This document shows, piece after piece, positions 35,520 to 47,360 of a DNA stretch of 64,000 nt. Position 1 is the stretch's first letter. Each line of letters starts with the position of its first letter. Origin of the DNA: Blepharisma stoltei ATCC 30299 (lineage: Eukaryota; Protista; Ciliophora); the NCBI GenBank assembly GCA_965603825.1, contig CBFDEM010000004.1:310001-374000 (forward strand). Reading direction: 5' to 3'. A model generated the notes under the pieces. The model searched no databases and was not told the DNA's origin. It was given only the letters and a program-made list of their open reading frames with translations. The position numbers and the translations under genes are program-made.

Positions 35520-36254
35520 TTAATTATTATAATGATAAGTTCGGCCCACCCAGGAAGAATTTCTGGAATTGATAAGAATTTCTTATATCCCCATCAGGAC
35601 CAATATTTATTCAACTTACTTGATTTGCAATGTGGGATTTTTGAAAGGTATCTGATATCATATTAATATGAAAATCCAACATTTTTAAATTCTTTTTTCT
35701 AAGATTCCACGTAATCGAATCTTTGAGGGTTATTTAGTTTTAAAAGAATTTAAATATAGCTAATTGAGCGTCAAAATTTTAGTTTTAGCTCCTAGCATTG
35801 CTCATAACTTGCATTCTTTCGAGTATTAATTTGATAATTTAGGAAATTCTTGACAGCACAGAATCTAATAGTAGCATCAGCAGCATTTTAAGAAACGAGA
35901 ATTTAGTCAAATTACTGATGGTTTTGTTTTATGATATTAAAAAATATAAATTTCATTTCTAAATATTTAATAATTTTAGAAATCAAATTTTTTATTCAAA
36001 TATCTTGCAATTCCAGTCCATAAAGTTATAAGTTATGAAAATATTAAAACATTAATGTTCTAAAAATCAAAGTCCAGCAAACTATAATTTTCTGCTATGA
36101 GATGGGTTTAATAATTCCCCACATGTCTCCAGAGTTTTAAAGATAGAATTTCACCTTAGAGTTCATGAGGCTTGCTGAGTGGCTAGCTATCTTTATACTA
36201 TTCAATTACCAGAAATTAGATTTATAGGAGAAAAATTGTTAATAGAAATTAGCG

Positions 36255-37178
36255 ATGGCATTAGACCAAGAAGACCGTGAAACAGTTTACCTTGCCATGG
36301 CAATTACATGCTCGCTAAGTATAATTGGTTCACTTTTTGTTTGCTCTGCTTTTATTCTTCTTAAAGACTTAAGAGTATTCGCTTTTCGGCTGGTTTCATA
36401 TCTTGCGTTTACTGATATGTGTGCAGCCTTGGGTATTTGCTATTTAGTTCTAATATTTCCAAATAATGGCAGCACTGATACAGCATGCAAAATTCAATCT
36501 GCTTTGAGCTCTTACTTCACATTTTCTGAAACACTTTTTACTTCAGTGATTGCTCACGCTCTTTATTCTGCAGTAATAGCTCATAAAAATATAGAAGTTT
36601 ATCACAAAAAATATCTGCTGTATGGCTTTGGGATTCCAATTATTCCTGCAATCGTTCCTTGAATTGGGGATCATTATGGATTTTCAGGAGGCTGATGCTG
36701 AATTAAAGGAGATGACTACTACGAAATAATTCTAGAATACGCGTTATTTTACATTCCTTTATGACTTGTTCTCGCTTACATTACTTATGTGCATGCCAAA
36801 GTAATAAAGCAGATAAGTAGTGACGCTACAACTAGCAATAAAGAAACTCTTTTGAGAAAAAAATTGGTGAGGAAGTTAAAACTATATCCTCTGGTACTTT
36901 TACTATGCCAGACTCCTATTTCTATCTATCGAGTATTTTTGTCGATACAATACTGGACTGGTCAACTATATAAAGAGCCAACACTAGTTATTATCATTCT
37001 TGGCGGGGTAAGTCTATGTTCACATGGATTTTTGAATTCTTTGGTATATGGATTTACTGGTGCAGTTAGGAAAAAGATAAAGCAGCTTATTTGCAGAAAG
37101 AAAAAGACACCAGTTGAGGATTCAATGATGTATGATATTCTTAAAGATGATTCGACTAGTCCTGCTAAAGATTTTTAA
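36255..37178 (+). CDS. 7TM GPCR, Dictyostelium cAR / plant GCR1-like; probable intron 36433-36447
   Basis: LSIIGS..LRVFAFRLV..D, ACKIQ, G-W-C-W-I (both W=TGA), KLKLYP, HGFLNSLVYG. Confidence 0.88.
36433..36447 (+). other. Probable stop-free 15-nt intron (GPCR)
   Basis: gtatttgctatttag, A at position 10. Confidence 0.65.
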
Positions 37179-37359
37179 CTTTGAAATTTTGGTTCTTGCA
37201 ATATTTATTCGCAAAGTTAATTTCAGAGAAATGCTGAGTTTTTGCACCATTCTATCAACTCAGTATTTAATATTATTCTGAATTATTAAAACTTTTATAT
37301 GGCATTTCATAGTTATATGTTTTTAATTAAATTATAAGATTTTGTTAATTATGTGCTTT

Positions 37360-37683
37360 TTATCTTGTTTTAGATTCATCATAAATATTTCGTTCGAAAA
37401 AGTGTCTTCTTTCGCCTGTTATCTCTGGTGCAGAATCATTGAAAGTGGCTATTCTATCGAATTCATCAATAAATTGGCCATATGCCAACTCTATAAGTCT
37501 TGAATGTCTTGAATAGCCAATCTCTCTTAAGATCTTAGCAGTAACATTGAAAGCTGTAATATTTGCATCGTAGCACTCTTCCAAGCAATTTTCATTCTTA
37601 CTTGTGAAGCATCTGTATGAACAATTCCTCGTCATTTGCTTTCTTACACTGCTTGCGAAATCCTCTCTTAGCTCAGCGTTCAT
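37360..37683 (-). CDS. Twin CX3C (small Tim-like) protein, 107 aa
   Basis: NCSYRCF..NCLEECYD followed by a helical extension. Confidence 0.65.
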   Translation of the reverse strand: MNAELREDFASSVRKQMTRNCSYRCFTSKNENCLEECYDANITAFNVTAKILREIGYSRHSRLIELAYGQFIDEFDRIATFNDSAPEITGERRHFFERNIYDESKTR

Positions 37684-37738
37684 TTATTTTATAAGTCATG
37701 GCAATTTAAAATCGATAAAAATTTTAATAGAGTTGAAA

Positions 37739-38842
37739 ATGAATGGAATTCCACTTCACAAGATGAATTGGGGAGCTTATGGGAACTCTCAAGTCAAACT
37801 AAATGAAAATGAAAAAATCAAAGCCAGAAATAGCATTCAAAATTTAAATAGAGATTCCGTTAAACTTAAAGACTTGTGCTCAGAAGATAAATTTAAAATC
37901 GGTGAGCTTGCAAAAAAACTGTCAGATGAGAAGAAAAGTATGAAAGCAATAGAAGCTAAACTTACTAAAGAGCAGAAAAAAGTTGAATTTGAGCTTCAAG
38001 AAGCAATGAATGATAACAAAAGAATAACTACTGAGATGAAACAACTGAAGAATGGATTTGACGAATCCTTAGGCCAAATTAAGCAGTTTATTCAAATGAA
38101 AAGGTGCTCATTAAGCCCTATAAGGCACTCAAGAAATATTAGTTCCATGTCAGATTATACATTCAATCAAAATCCATTTAAGGTTAGAAACCATGAATCG
38201 GAAGAGCAAATTCGATCAAAAACACCAACTTTACCTCCAAGGGCTAATACCTCTTGTAATACAAGTTTTGAGTCTGAAAGAAGATTGTTTAATGCTTCAA
38301 GTTTATATGAGAAATCAGATACTATAAGATGCACAACGCCATCAACAGAAACCTCTTTTTCATCTTTATCTTGTCAGAGTACTTCAACTCAAACTTCTTA
38401 CGATAAAATAATTCAAGTAAAAATTAGTCCTTATCAAAGCCATAATAAGCAAACTGCGGGCATTAAACAGTCCACTGCCCTGCGAGAAGTCAAAAACCTT
38501 CAAAATGATTTGTTCAATCTTTCCAAAGGGGTGAAAGATCTAAAATCTAATTGTGTAGACTTCATCAAATCATCAAACTCATATAATAGCCAAGCCAACA
38601 GAAATATTTTCAAGCCTTCAGAATTTTTCCAGTCTTTGGGACTCTCAAATAAGAATCAAAAATTGCCAATAGGATCCGATAAAGAGAATATTTTTGCTTC
38701 TAGGCAAAATAGTTACATATATGAAACAGTCGGCAATCCTAAAAATAAAGGAAAAAAGCAGGAAGATATAGATGTTATTTCTATTGATGATAAGTATTAT
38801 GATGATCAGCTTTTCAAAGTCTTAGAAGAAATTGATAAATAA
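37739..38842 (+). CDS. Coiled-coil protein with KIAA1328/hinderin-like N-terminal block
   Basis: LKDLCSEDKFKIGELAKKL..EQ..N resembles the hinderin LKDLC.EDK..I..L block; S/T-rich remainder. Confidence 0.65.
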   Translation: MNGIPLHKMNWGAYGNSQVKLNENEKIKARNSIQNLNRDSVKLKDLCSEDKFKIGELAKKLSDEKKSMKAIEAKLTKEQKKVEFELQEAMNDNKRITTEMKQLKNGFDESLGQIKQFIQMKRCSLSPIRHSRNISSMSDYTFNQNPFKVRNHESEEQIRSKTPTLPPRANTSCNTSFESERRLFNASSLYEKSDTIRCTTPSTETSFSSLSCQSTSTQTSYDKIIQVKISPYQSHNKQTAGIKQSTALREVKNLQNDLFNLSKGVKDLKSNCVDFIKSSNSYNSQANRNIFKPSEFFQSLGLSNKNQKLPIGSDKENIFASRQNSYIYETVGNPKNKGKKQEDIDVISIDDKYYDDQLFKVLEEIDK

Positions 38843-38902
38843 AATTGATATAATATAAATTTAGATAATATTTTACGTAAAACTAAATAAATATACGATA
38901 AA

Positions 38903-39901
38903 ATGACTGAGCACACCGACCATCACCATCATCACAATCACGCTCATGGCCAGAGTCTTTCACTTACTTGAACTTTTGGATATGCCATAAAGGGCTGATC
39001 AATTGCTGAGGGCAAATTTTTGATATGCTTTATCCTCCTACTGATCACATCATGCTTTTTTGAAATTGCAAGTGGAATTATTCTAGCCGAAAGCTTTCTA
39101 ATATCTGAAGGCTTTCGAAGTGGATTTGATACGCTCTGTGTATATGTTGCTCTAGTCGGGCTATCGTTTGATATAAATAATCCAAATCCCGATAAAAAAT
39201 ATGCATTCGGATATGGAAGAACACAAATTGTCACAGCATTTGGCAATGCAATCTTTACATTATTCACCAACCTTTTTGCCTTATTAGAAGCTGTGCATCA
39301 TTTATACGGAGGCCATGCAGAAAATCACATGCTTTTTGGTAAAGAATTGCTGATTTTCAAAATTTTAATTGAAATTCTGATTTACTTTGGCTTAATAAAA
39401 AGCATTCGGAAAGACGAAAAGTGCTCAACATTTTCAGATAATTTAGGAATAATTGCTATTAAATGCTTGGGATTTATTATTACTGAATCACTTATCCTTG
39501 TAGATTCGTATATTTTATATGATGATATAGGCATCCCTCTTTATACCTTTGTCCCGATTCTGAATATTTTGTGGATTGTAGTTTGCATGTGCTTGCTGAG
39601 GCCATATGTTGCCAGGAACGGGAAAATCTTGCTTTTGAGCGCTCCTTCTGGCAATATGAGGACAGAAATCGAAAAAAAATTGAGGGAAATATCAATACTT
39701 GAAGGCGTTGTATCAATTAAATCTGAAAAATTCTGGATGGTTACGAGCTCAACACTTGCAGGGTCCGTCCTGATTTCGGTTGAAAGAAATGCAAATCCCC
39801 AATCTATTATTATGAAATCCAGAGACTGCTTGAGTAAATTAATCGAGTATTTTACTATAGAATTGGTCGTAGAAGATGACAGCACAGTGAAAAATGAATA
39901 A
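38903..39901 (+). CDS. Cation diffusion facilitator (ZnT5/6/7-like), His-rich N-terminus
   Basis: MTEHTDHHHHHNHAH; two TGA=Trp; PDKKYAFGYGR, EAVHHL, ILLLSAP, I.GV C-terminal domain. Confidence 0.88.
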
Positions 39902-39989
39902 TATAGATAATAAACTTAAATAAAACTGAAGTAATTAAATGCTTAATAGCGTGATAAAATCGCCTACACCAAAATATTCATAGAATTAG

Positions 39990-40811
39990 TTATGCGGCTT
40001 TGTTTTCAATGCCATGAACTCCAAACTGATAAACACATGTATTATTTCCACCATTGTTACTTTTTACATGCAAAACCAGCGCATTAATTAGACTATCACA
40101 CCTATATTGACATGGAAAAATATCCCAAGGTCTTCTTTTTTCTCCATGAATAGAAAGATCAAAAGTATAGCTTCCTAACAGATAGCAATGGCTCTTCTCA
40201 ATGGAATATACACTAAATTCTTTCGGCGCATTCAAATAGTCAACAATCTAAATACGATTTACATTAATGTGCCTGATTGAAAAATGTAAAGGGAGTATAT
40301 CATATTGTAACTGAATGCCCAGGTAGCCTTTGCTGCCTTTTATTCCCCAACAAACTCCAGGCGAATTGTCATCTGAAAGTGCCATTTCTCTTTTGTTATA
40401 TTGAGAAGGGCCTAGTGCTGTATAAAAGCCTAAAGACGAATATTCCTCAATTATTTTTGCACCATTTTTAAGCGCTGCATAATTGATATAATCATCTAAT
40501 GATTGCTCTTCTTGGTATTTTATAATTGGACTCATTGTCTCTGGGATTGGCTTTGCATTCAAAGTATTTGATACTGTTCAATATTTGATGAAGACCATTG
40601 AAAATACACATCCTAATGCAAATAAAAATGCAGTGATGCATAAGCATCTTAGTAGCAGAGGCTTGCTTTTATCTTTTGCGTTTGGCGCCCAATCATTTTC
40701 TTCATCGCCTAGTGGTTCTTCCTCGATTATTTGACTATCTAATGGACTGTTATGATCATATGTGGAATATTGATTACCATTTGATTGATTTGAACTTTTT
40801 AACTCCTCCAT
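39990..40811 (-). CDS. SUN-domain nuclear-envelope protein (C-terminal SUN); intron 40248-40262
   Basis: One TM, then NYAAL..GAKII, PGVCW..KGS.G, APKEFSVY, SNNGG..TCVYQFGVHG. Confidence 0.9.
40248..40262 (-). other. 15-nt intron (SUN)
   Basis: gtaaatcgtatttag. Confidence 0.88.
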
Positions 40812-41051
40812 ATATTTTTATAATTAACTTTTGAATCTTGCCTTTCCATTTTTAGATCTTCAATTTTTCATTTTAAGGGCGAAGTCATCAGTAAAATAGA
40901 GCTTGAATTTTTAGCAACAGCATTGCTTAATAGCATAGAGAATAGATTAAAATTTTAAATTATCTATTTATTTGATTTGCATTCAAGATAGCGCCTCAAT
41001 TCAGGCGGAGTTTATTAATTAGCAGAAGTCTAATGAATTCTAATTGTTTAC

Positions 41052-41468
41052 TTAAAGCTCTACTCTTTTTTCTCCAGCCTTGGCTTGAAGATAGTCAGCA
41101 ATGGCTTCAGCAGTTCTTGCTCCTTCGTATTTTTCGAGTTCCCTTCCGTTTTGATAGAAAATAAGTGTTGGGTATCCTCTGATTTGTCTGGATGAGGCGG
41201 CTTGTTGTTCAACGGTAGCGTCGACCTTGGCAATGGCAACTTTTGAACCTCTTTCTTTCAATAAGGTGGCTGCTCTGTCGTATTCAGGAGCGAGTCTCTT
41301 GCAGTGTCCACACCATGGTGCATAAAACTCTACAAGGATATTTTGATTATCTGCAATAGCTTTATCAACAGTGGCGTCGGTAAGTACAAGAACACCTGAT
41401 CCTTCGTCAGCTGATGCAAGGAAAGCAATGCTTAGGAGAGCAAGGAGACTAATTGTCTTGATGGCCAT
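41052..41468 (-). CDS. Single-domain protein disulfide isomerase
   Basis: Signal peptide, EFYAPWCGHCK, GYPT, C-terminal RVEL (KDEL-like). Confidence 0.92.
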   Translation of the reverse strand: MAIKTISLLALLSIAFLASADEGSGVLVLTDATVDKAIADNQNILVEFYAPWCGHCKRLAPEYDRAATLLKERGSKVAIAKVDATVEQQAASSRQIRGYPTLIFYQNGRELEKYEGARTAEAIADYLQAKAGEKRVEL

Positions 41469-41618
41469 TTATTATAATGGCATATTGGAAATAAATTTCT
41501 TGAATCTCATAAGAAAAGCCTTTTAAAATAAGAAGATTGGCTGAAAACTGAAACAAGAAGAAATTAATTTTTTCAATTAAAAATTTATTAAAACTCTTTA
41601 TTTTTATTTATTGAGTTA

Positions 41619-42371
41619 CTACTTCTTATTGCCGAATAGAGCAAGAATATAAATAAAGAGCCTAATAATGTCGATGTATAAGAAAAGAGCTCCAGGAATA
41701 TAGTCTTCATTTGATAATCCGTATTTACCGTTTCCTAAAATCAGTTGGGTATCAATCACTATATATATTGAATATATAACGACCCATCCAAGACAAATAA
41801 GGGTATCAAGTGCATGCGTATCGAAGAAAATAGCTATGAGAATTCCAAAAATGAGTATGCTGAATACAAAACTAAATAATATTCCTAAAAGTGCATTAAA
41901 GTTTTGTTTAGCATACATTGCATATGCTGTTAGCCCAAGTGTTGCACCTAAGGTCATCAGAGCAGCAATAAAAACTGACACTGGATCATAAAATGAAGCT
42001 ATAGCTCCAACTATAAGGCTTTCACACAAAGTGAAAATGGAGAGAATGATGTAATTTGTTGGAACTTTTCTAGCTAGCTTTTTGGAACATAAGAGAAAGC
42101 ATAAGCAAACGAATTCAATTCCAATCAGCGTGAACAAAAACCACATGTTGTCGACAAACCATGTCTGAAAATCATCTATTTGCATAACGATGGTGACAAC
42201 GATGCTTGTGAAGATAAGTTGTGCACTGAGAATTCCATAAACTTTTCTTACAAATCCCTCTCTATCTCTGTCAGAATCCATTGAAACATACTTAGCTTCA
42301 CTTCCTACGTTATCGAAAGCACCGTCTAAATGGTTGTGATGGTGATGATGATGATGATGATGATGGGACAT
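41619..42371 (-). CDS. TMBIM/Bax-inhibitor-1 (LFG-type) membrane protein with N-terminal poly-His
   Basis: REGFVRKVYGIL, P.NYIIL.IFT, YIVIDTQLI, EDYI.GAL.LYIDII. Confidence 0.92.
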   Translation of the reverse strand: MSHHHHHHHHHHNHLDGAFDNVGSEAKYVSMDSDRDREGFVRKVYGILSAQLIFTSIVVTIVMQIDDFQTWFVDNMWFLFTLIGIEFVCLCFLLCSKKLARKVPTNYIILSIFTLCESLIVGAIASFYDPVSVFIAALMTLGATLGLTAYAMYAKQNFNALLGILFSFVFSILIFGILIAIFFDTHALDTLICLGWVVIYSIYIVIDTQLILGNGKYGLSNEDYIPGALFLYIDIIRLFIYILALFGNKK

Positions 42372-43163
42372 GATTAATTTTTATAATTTATTGGACATTA
42401 GTTTACATCAAATTCCTATTAAAATATATAATATTAAAATTATGCTATCTGTTAGTCAATGTTTATTACAAAAAATTAGGCTTAATTAATTAAACTTGAC
42501 GATTTTTATGCTTATAGAGCTTATTGCTGCCATTATCAAATACATAGAGAATTAGCCAATTTAATACAACATATAAATGCCAGTTCAGAATTATTGCACA
42601 TAATTTAACTGATATTTTTTATATAATTTTTTTAAGAAGAAAGAATATAAGCTAATAATTTATTTATCTTAAAGAATTCGAGATATCTAATTAAATTCCT
42701 TATTTTATATAAAGCCTTTGTCTTATAGCTTTAATTTTAATACATCAAGACCTCTTTAAATTTATAAAAGTGTCAAATAATTATGAATAAAATGTTCAAT
42801 TTTTTATTTACAATTATCAACAAGGATTTTTAATGGCTTTGCTCATTCATTAACTAAGTAGGAGTAAAAATAGATTTAAAATTAAAATCTTACATAAAAT
42901 ATATAACTTAAGAAAAATTTATTATTCATTAAATGACAATAAGTATTATATAATATCTTAAGCCATTGCTAAATTCATTAATAAGGCACGATTTAACAAG
43001 AAATTGAGATTAAAAGAATAAAACATAAGTTATGCTGCTCCTTTCAGAAATTAACTTTATATTTTAGCTTATTCACTAGTTTATATAATTTTTAAAAATT
43101 TTATATATTAAAAGGAAATACGAAATAGCTTTATGCATTTTATAGGCCTAATTGATACAAATA

Positions 43164-44579
43164 ATGGCAAGCCAAGATGAAAAAACGAATAGCTATCCTA
43201 ATAAGCTCAGCCCTTTAGAAGAGTTTAAATACAGTATATCTGAAATCCTAAAGTCCCCGAGAGAGTTACATATTCTCTATTTGATAAATTTGTCTCTTAG
43301 TTTTCAGTATTATCTTATAACAACTTTAATCCCATTATTTTTTACAGATATTCAAGAATTTTCAGACCTTCTATCTGGCACAATTTTTGGCTTTTATGGG
43401 ATCAGCTTGGGATTAGGTGCTATTATTCTTAATCCTTTAGCAAATAGATTTGGACTTAAATTTGGCCTGTCCATATCATGCATATTTGGCTTGATAGGCT
43501 TTTTACTTCTAGCAGTAACTTATAATTTATCCGTCAATCTTGTCAGTGTGCTTACGTTTCAAACTATATCAGGAGCTCTGGCTTGGCCAGTTGTTGAGTT
43601 TGGGATAAAAATTTATACAAGACAAGACCATCGAAATTTTGCCAATTCTCTATGCTTGATGAGCAATTATCTTGCTGGAGTTTTAACTGGTTTTTATATA
43701 GATATTGTATGACATTATTATGAAGATGATAAACATACCTTATATAAAATATTTTTTTATACAGGAGCTGGTTTTGCATTTTTTGCATTGATTCTTGCTC
43801 TTGTTCTTAGGCAAAATGAAGTTATTGAGGATGGATATTTGTGTGATGAAAATATTGGTGAGCTAAGTAAAAAAATCGTTTCTAAAAAGCGTTTTTGGAG
43901 ATTTTTTGCTTTAATTTGTCTACTTATTCTATTGAGAAGTGGATGTTTTGGGCATCTTGATGCAACATTTCCTAAATATGTAACACGCACTCTTGGAGAT
44001 GATGCTCATTTTGGCTATCTTTTAGCTGTCCATCAAACAACCATGCTTATTGGAGTTATTTTTTTCACATATTTTACGTATATCTATTCAAGCTATACTT
44101 TAATATGTATAGGAGGAATAGTGGGGACTTTGGCACCTCTACTAATTCTTGGAGGCTCTAATTATGGCATTTATGCAATTTTTGTAATTCTGATATCTTG
44201 TGGAGAAGCATTATGAGTCCCAAGATTGCTTGATTATACCATGAGTATTGCTCCTAATAAAGAAGAAGGAGTCTATTTAGCTTTATGCAATTTTCCTTTC
44301 TATTTTGCTATGATTATAACTGGCATCGCCTCAGGAATTTTATTAGATGAATATTGTCCTGACGAAGACAATGCTGGCGAGTGTTATAAAGTTTGGCTGA
44401 TAATAGTATTTTCAACCATTCTAGTCCCAATCCTTATATGAATCTTGAGAAATATATTAGAGCAGCCTGATTATGAAGATAAGCCTTACCTAAAATGCTT
44501 TGAAGACTCTAAAGATTTATCTAAAGACAATGATGAAATAAAAGATAAGGAAGGCTTATTAAAGAATAGCAATGATTAA
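43164..44579 (+). CDS. Major facilitator superfamily transporter
   Basis: About 12 hydrophobic segments; LANRFG loop motif; GEAL-W-VPRL..IAP..EGVY; joined via three TGA; TAA 44579. Confidence 0.85.
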
Positions 44580-44595
44580 AATTTAAAACCAATAA

Positions 44596-46323
44596 TTATT
44601 TACTGAAATTTAAAGATGTTTCCATAATTTCATAACCAACATTTGTAACTTTAATGCCAAGCTCTAAAAACCCGTCGAAACCTATAACAGCTGATTTAAA
44701 TTGGTGCCAAGTTAAATTTTGCACAAAATGTTGATAATTTTCTTTAGTCAACACTGTTTTAACTATGCCTTCGTCATTCAATCCATCTCATAAGTAAATA
44801 AATATATCTGAAGTGATTAAAGTAATACATCCGCATTGGCATATTTCATAAGGTTTTGATACCTCACAGTTCAAGCAGAAAAATCTATTCATTTCTTCAG
44901 GCACAATTCTAACTCCAAACCCCTCTATTTTGCAAGTTTCGTTTAGAGGCATTGCTGATAAACTTGGGTAATCTTTTAATAATAAAGATGATTTTACAGA
45001 AGCAGAAATTTCAGTCTTTATTGTCATTGATCTTTGTGGTAGATAAATTTCAGCTAAATTCTGAAGTTCTTTCTCTTTGGAGGTTTCTACAGGTATATAC
45101 CAAAGATTCATAAATTCGTAAATTTTTAAAATATCAGATGATTTACCTAAGGAGAATCTTCCGTTTTCATATATTAGATCTTTAACTCGAATAATATCTC
45201 TTGACTGAATCAGCTTTAAAAGCTTTTCTTTTTCTCTAGGGACGATAATTTGGCAGATCGAATCTTGATCATAGCCAACTATGGCTTTTGGGTCATCTTC
45301 ATTTATACCCATGCTAAACACGCCAAAAATTCTCAATAAAATATCACTTTGATCTTTGGGCTTTAATTCCCTTAAGAATTTTGTGCTATTTGGTAGCATT
45401 GGAACTCTATTTGTAAGTGTTATTTTTCCTCAACTTCTAATTGCTTGCAAAGAGTTTAAAATCTCAGGTGCTTGTTCGAAATTTCCTCTAAAGCTTGAAT
45501 ATGGGATTTGATTGTCATCTATCAACGAGAATAGATAGAATTTTGAATTTTTGTCTGAAAAAGTTAATTTTCCATTTAAACTGTCCCTATGAGTTTTAAA
45601 TATAAACTGCTCCATCCTAATAATGTCCCCAAAACCTATTATTTTTGGTAATATCTTTGGATCTTCATGGAAAATCGAAATACTTGCAACGTTTGGAAAA
45701 ATAGATGGATCTGTTACTTTAAGGGTTGACAAATACTCAGTGGATTCTGAGTATTGATATGAGCTAGTACTATCAACAACTAAAGCATAGCAAGATGCAG
45801 AAAGCTTTGAATTTTCATGAATGTTATCTCTAATAAATTTTAGAGAAGAAAATTTTTCCATATTTGGGCCCAAAAGTTTCTGGGGGAGTGCTGAGTTCTG
45901 TTGTTGTGGCAAATAGAGCTTCGATAGATTTATTGACTCAAGTACGGTATCAGGAAATATTGATATCGAAGTGTTGTTATGAGTGAATGTTAACTCTGGC
46001 ATTGTCGGGATAATTATGTGAATGAAAAATTTGGAGTTAGTGCCGTACGTTAATGTATTTTGCATTGGTACCACTGATGGGAAATATTTGCTAAGGTTAT
46101 GAAAATCCCCACTTACGATGAAATAGTTTAAGCGAAGCTTAGTTCCCGGACGGACTTTGTCAAAGATGTTCACAAGTTCTTGGCCTTCAAAAATAATGTT
46201 GATTTTCCCGGTTGCATCACTAATAGTCACTCTTAGTACAAATTCATTTAGTTTAGCTTTTTGGTCAATAGTAATGTTTAGTCTATCTTCTTTATAACCC
46301 ACTGATAAGTCTGAGACCTGCAT
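44596..46323 (-). CDS. POT1/TEBP-alpha-like telomere ssDNA-binding OB-fold protein (~575 aa)
   Basis: YALVVDST..Y..YLSTLKVTDPS..SIF...LPKI..FGDIIRM matches POT1/TEBP-alpha OB1. Second OB (SRDIIRVKD) and C-terminal CxxC..CxC region; joined through two TGA. Confidence 0.8.
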
Positions 46324-46667
46324 TTTGATTTTATAAAATATAAGACTTCAGATTGACCCCCTTCTTTTAAATCATTTAATTAAATCAAAAATTTATCTCG
46401 CTTTACATGCTAGTTATTTTTAAATATCATCAACTTCAAAATCTCTTTTTTCTGAACTTAGATACTGATTTATTATGCTTTATTTCCAATTATAGATCTT
46501 TTTAATTGAATTTTGAGGTTTTTCAGAAGAGCAAATAATAATGCTTGAAACATAGGTGTAATTTTATTAGGCTGATAAAATCTTTGCGTTAATGAGAAGG
46601 TTACAGATCTTCCAGAACTTAATATATTTTAATAAATTGTTTTTTTTACATATTAAATATTAAATCT

Positions 46668-47360
46668 ATGAGTGACAAGCAAATTTCAAAAATTGATCTG
46701 TCTGAGTCAGAACAGCCATGATATGAAAAAAGCTCAATTACTCAAAAGTATCCGCGCTATTCAACCCCTCAAGTTCCCTCATATGGAGGATTTTGCGATT
46801 TAATTAACAGCCAAAGGCGTGGATCATTGAAAACTGAAATGCTACCTCAACCTCAAAAAGAACTTAGTACAAATTCAAATAGCTCATCCGAAGATAGTCC
46901 ATTGCTTCATATAATGCCAAACAACATGCTTGGGTTCTCTTTCTTATCAATGCTTGAAAAAAATGAATCAAGTAAAAACACCCATGATGAAGAACCAATG
47001 CGTCCTCCCATATATTTTAATTATGATCCGAACACAGTCCCAGAAGCAATGGAAAGACTTGAGGAAAGCCCGTACATAAACAACAATGCAGAACTCCCAA
47101 TATTTGAAAATATCTCAAACGACCACGACGGAGACACTAAAAGAAGAAAGGACAGAAGAGCTGCTACTGAAGTGTATGAAAATCCAAATGTTCATCTTCA
47201 ATACAAAAGAATTAAGTATCGAAAGAATAGAAATTATGAGGACAGACTTAGACAGACTGAAAGTGTTGGCGACTTCAAGATGAGCTTTGAAAGAGACAGA
47301 ATGGATATAGATAATTTAAGTCCTACAAGGATCAACAAGATGAATAATAACAACTTTTAA
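46668..47360 (+). CDS. Hypothetical disordered protein
   Basis: ATG 46668 (MSDKQISK), one TGA, in frame with ORF 46827-47360. Confidence 0.65.

Noticed and set aside
37604-37738. N-terminal extensions in track ORFs 37604, 48723 and 60523
   Set aside because: Non-ATG starts running through intergenic AT-rich DNA or the opposite-strand gene.
42372-43163. Long AT-rich spacers (also 9982-10295, 18938-19628, 35520-36254) as retained IESs or MITEs
   Set aside because: No terminal inverted repeats or internal repeats were seen, and no gene in the window is interrupted by an insertion; they read as ordinary intergenic DNA.
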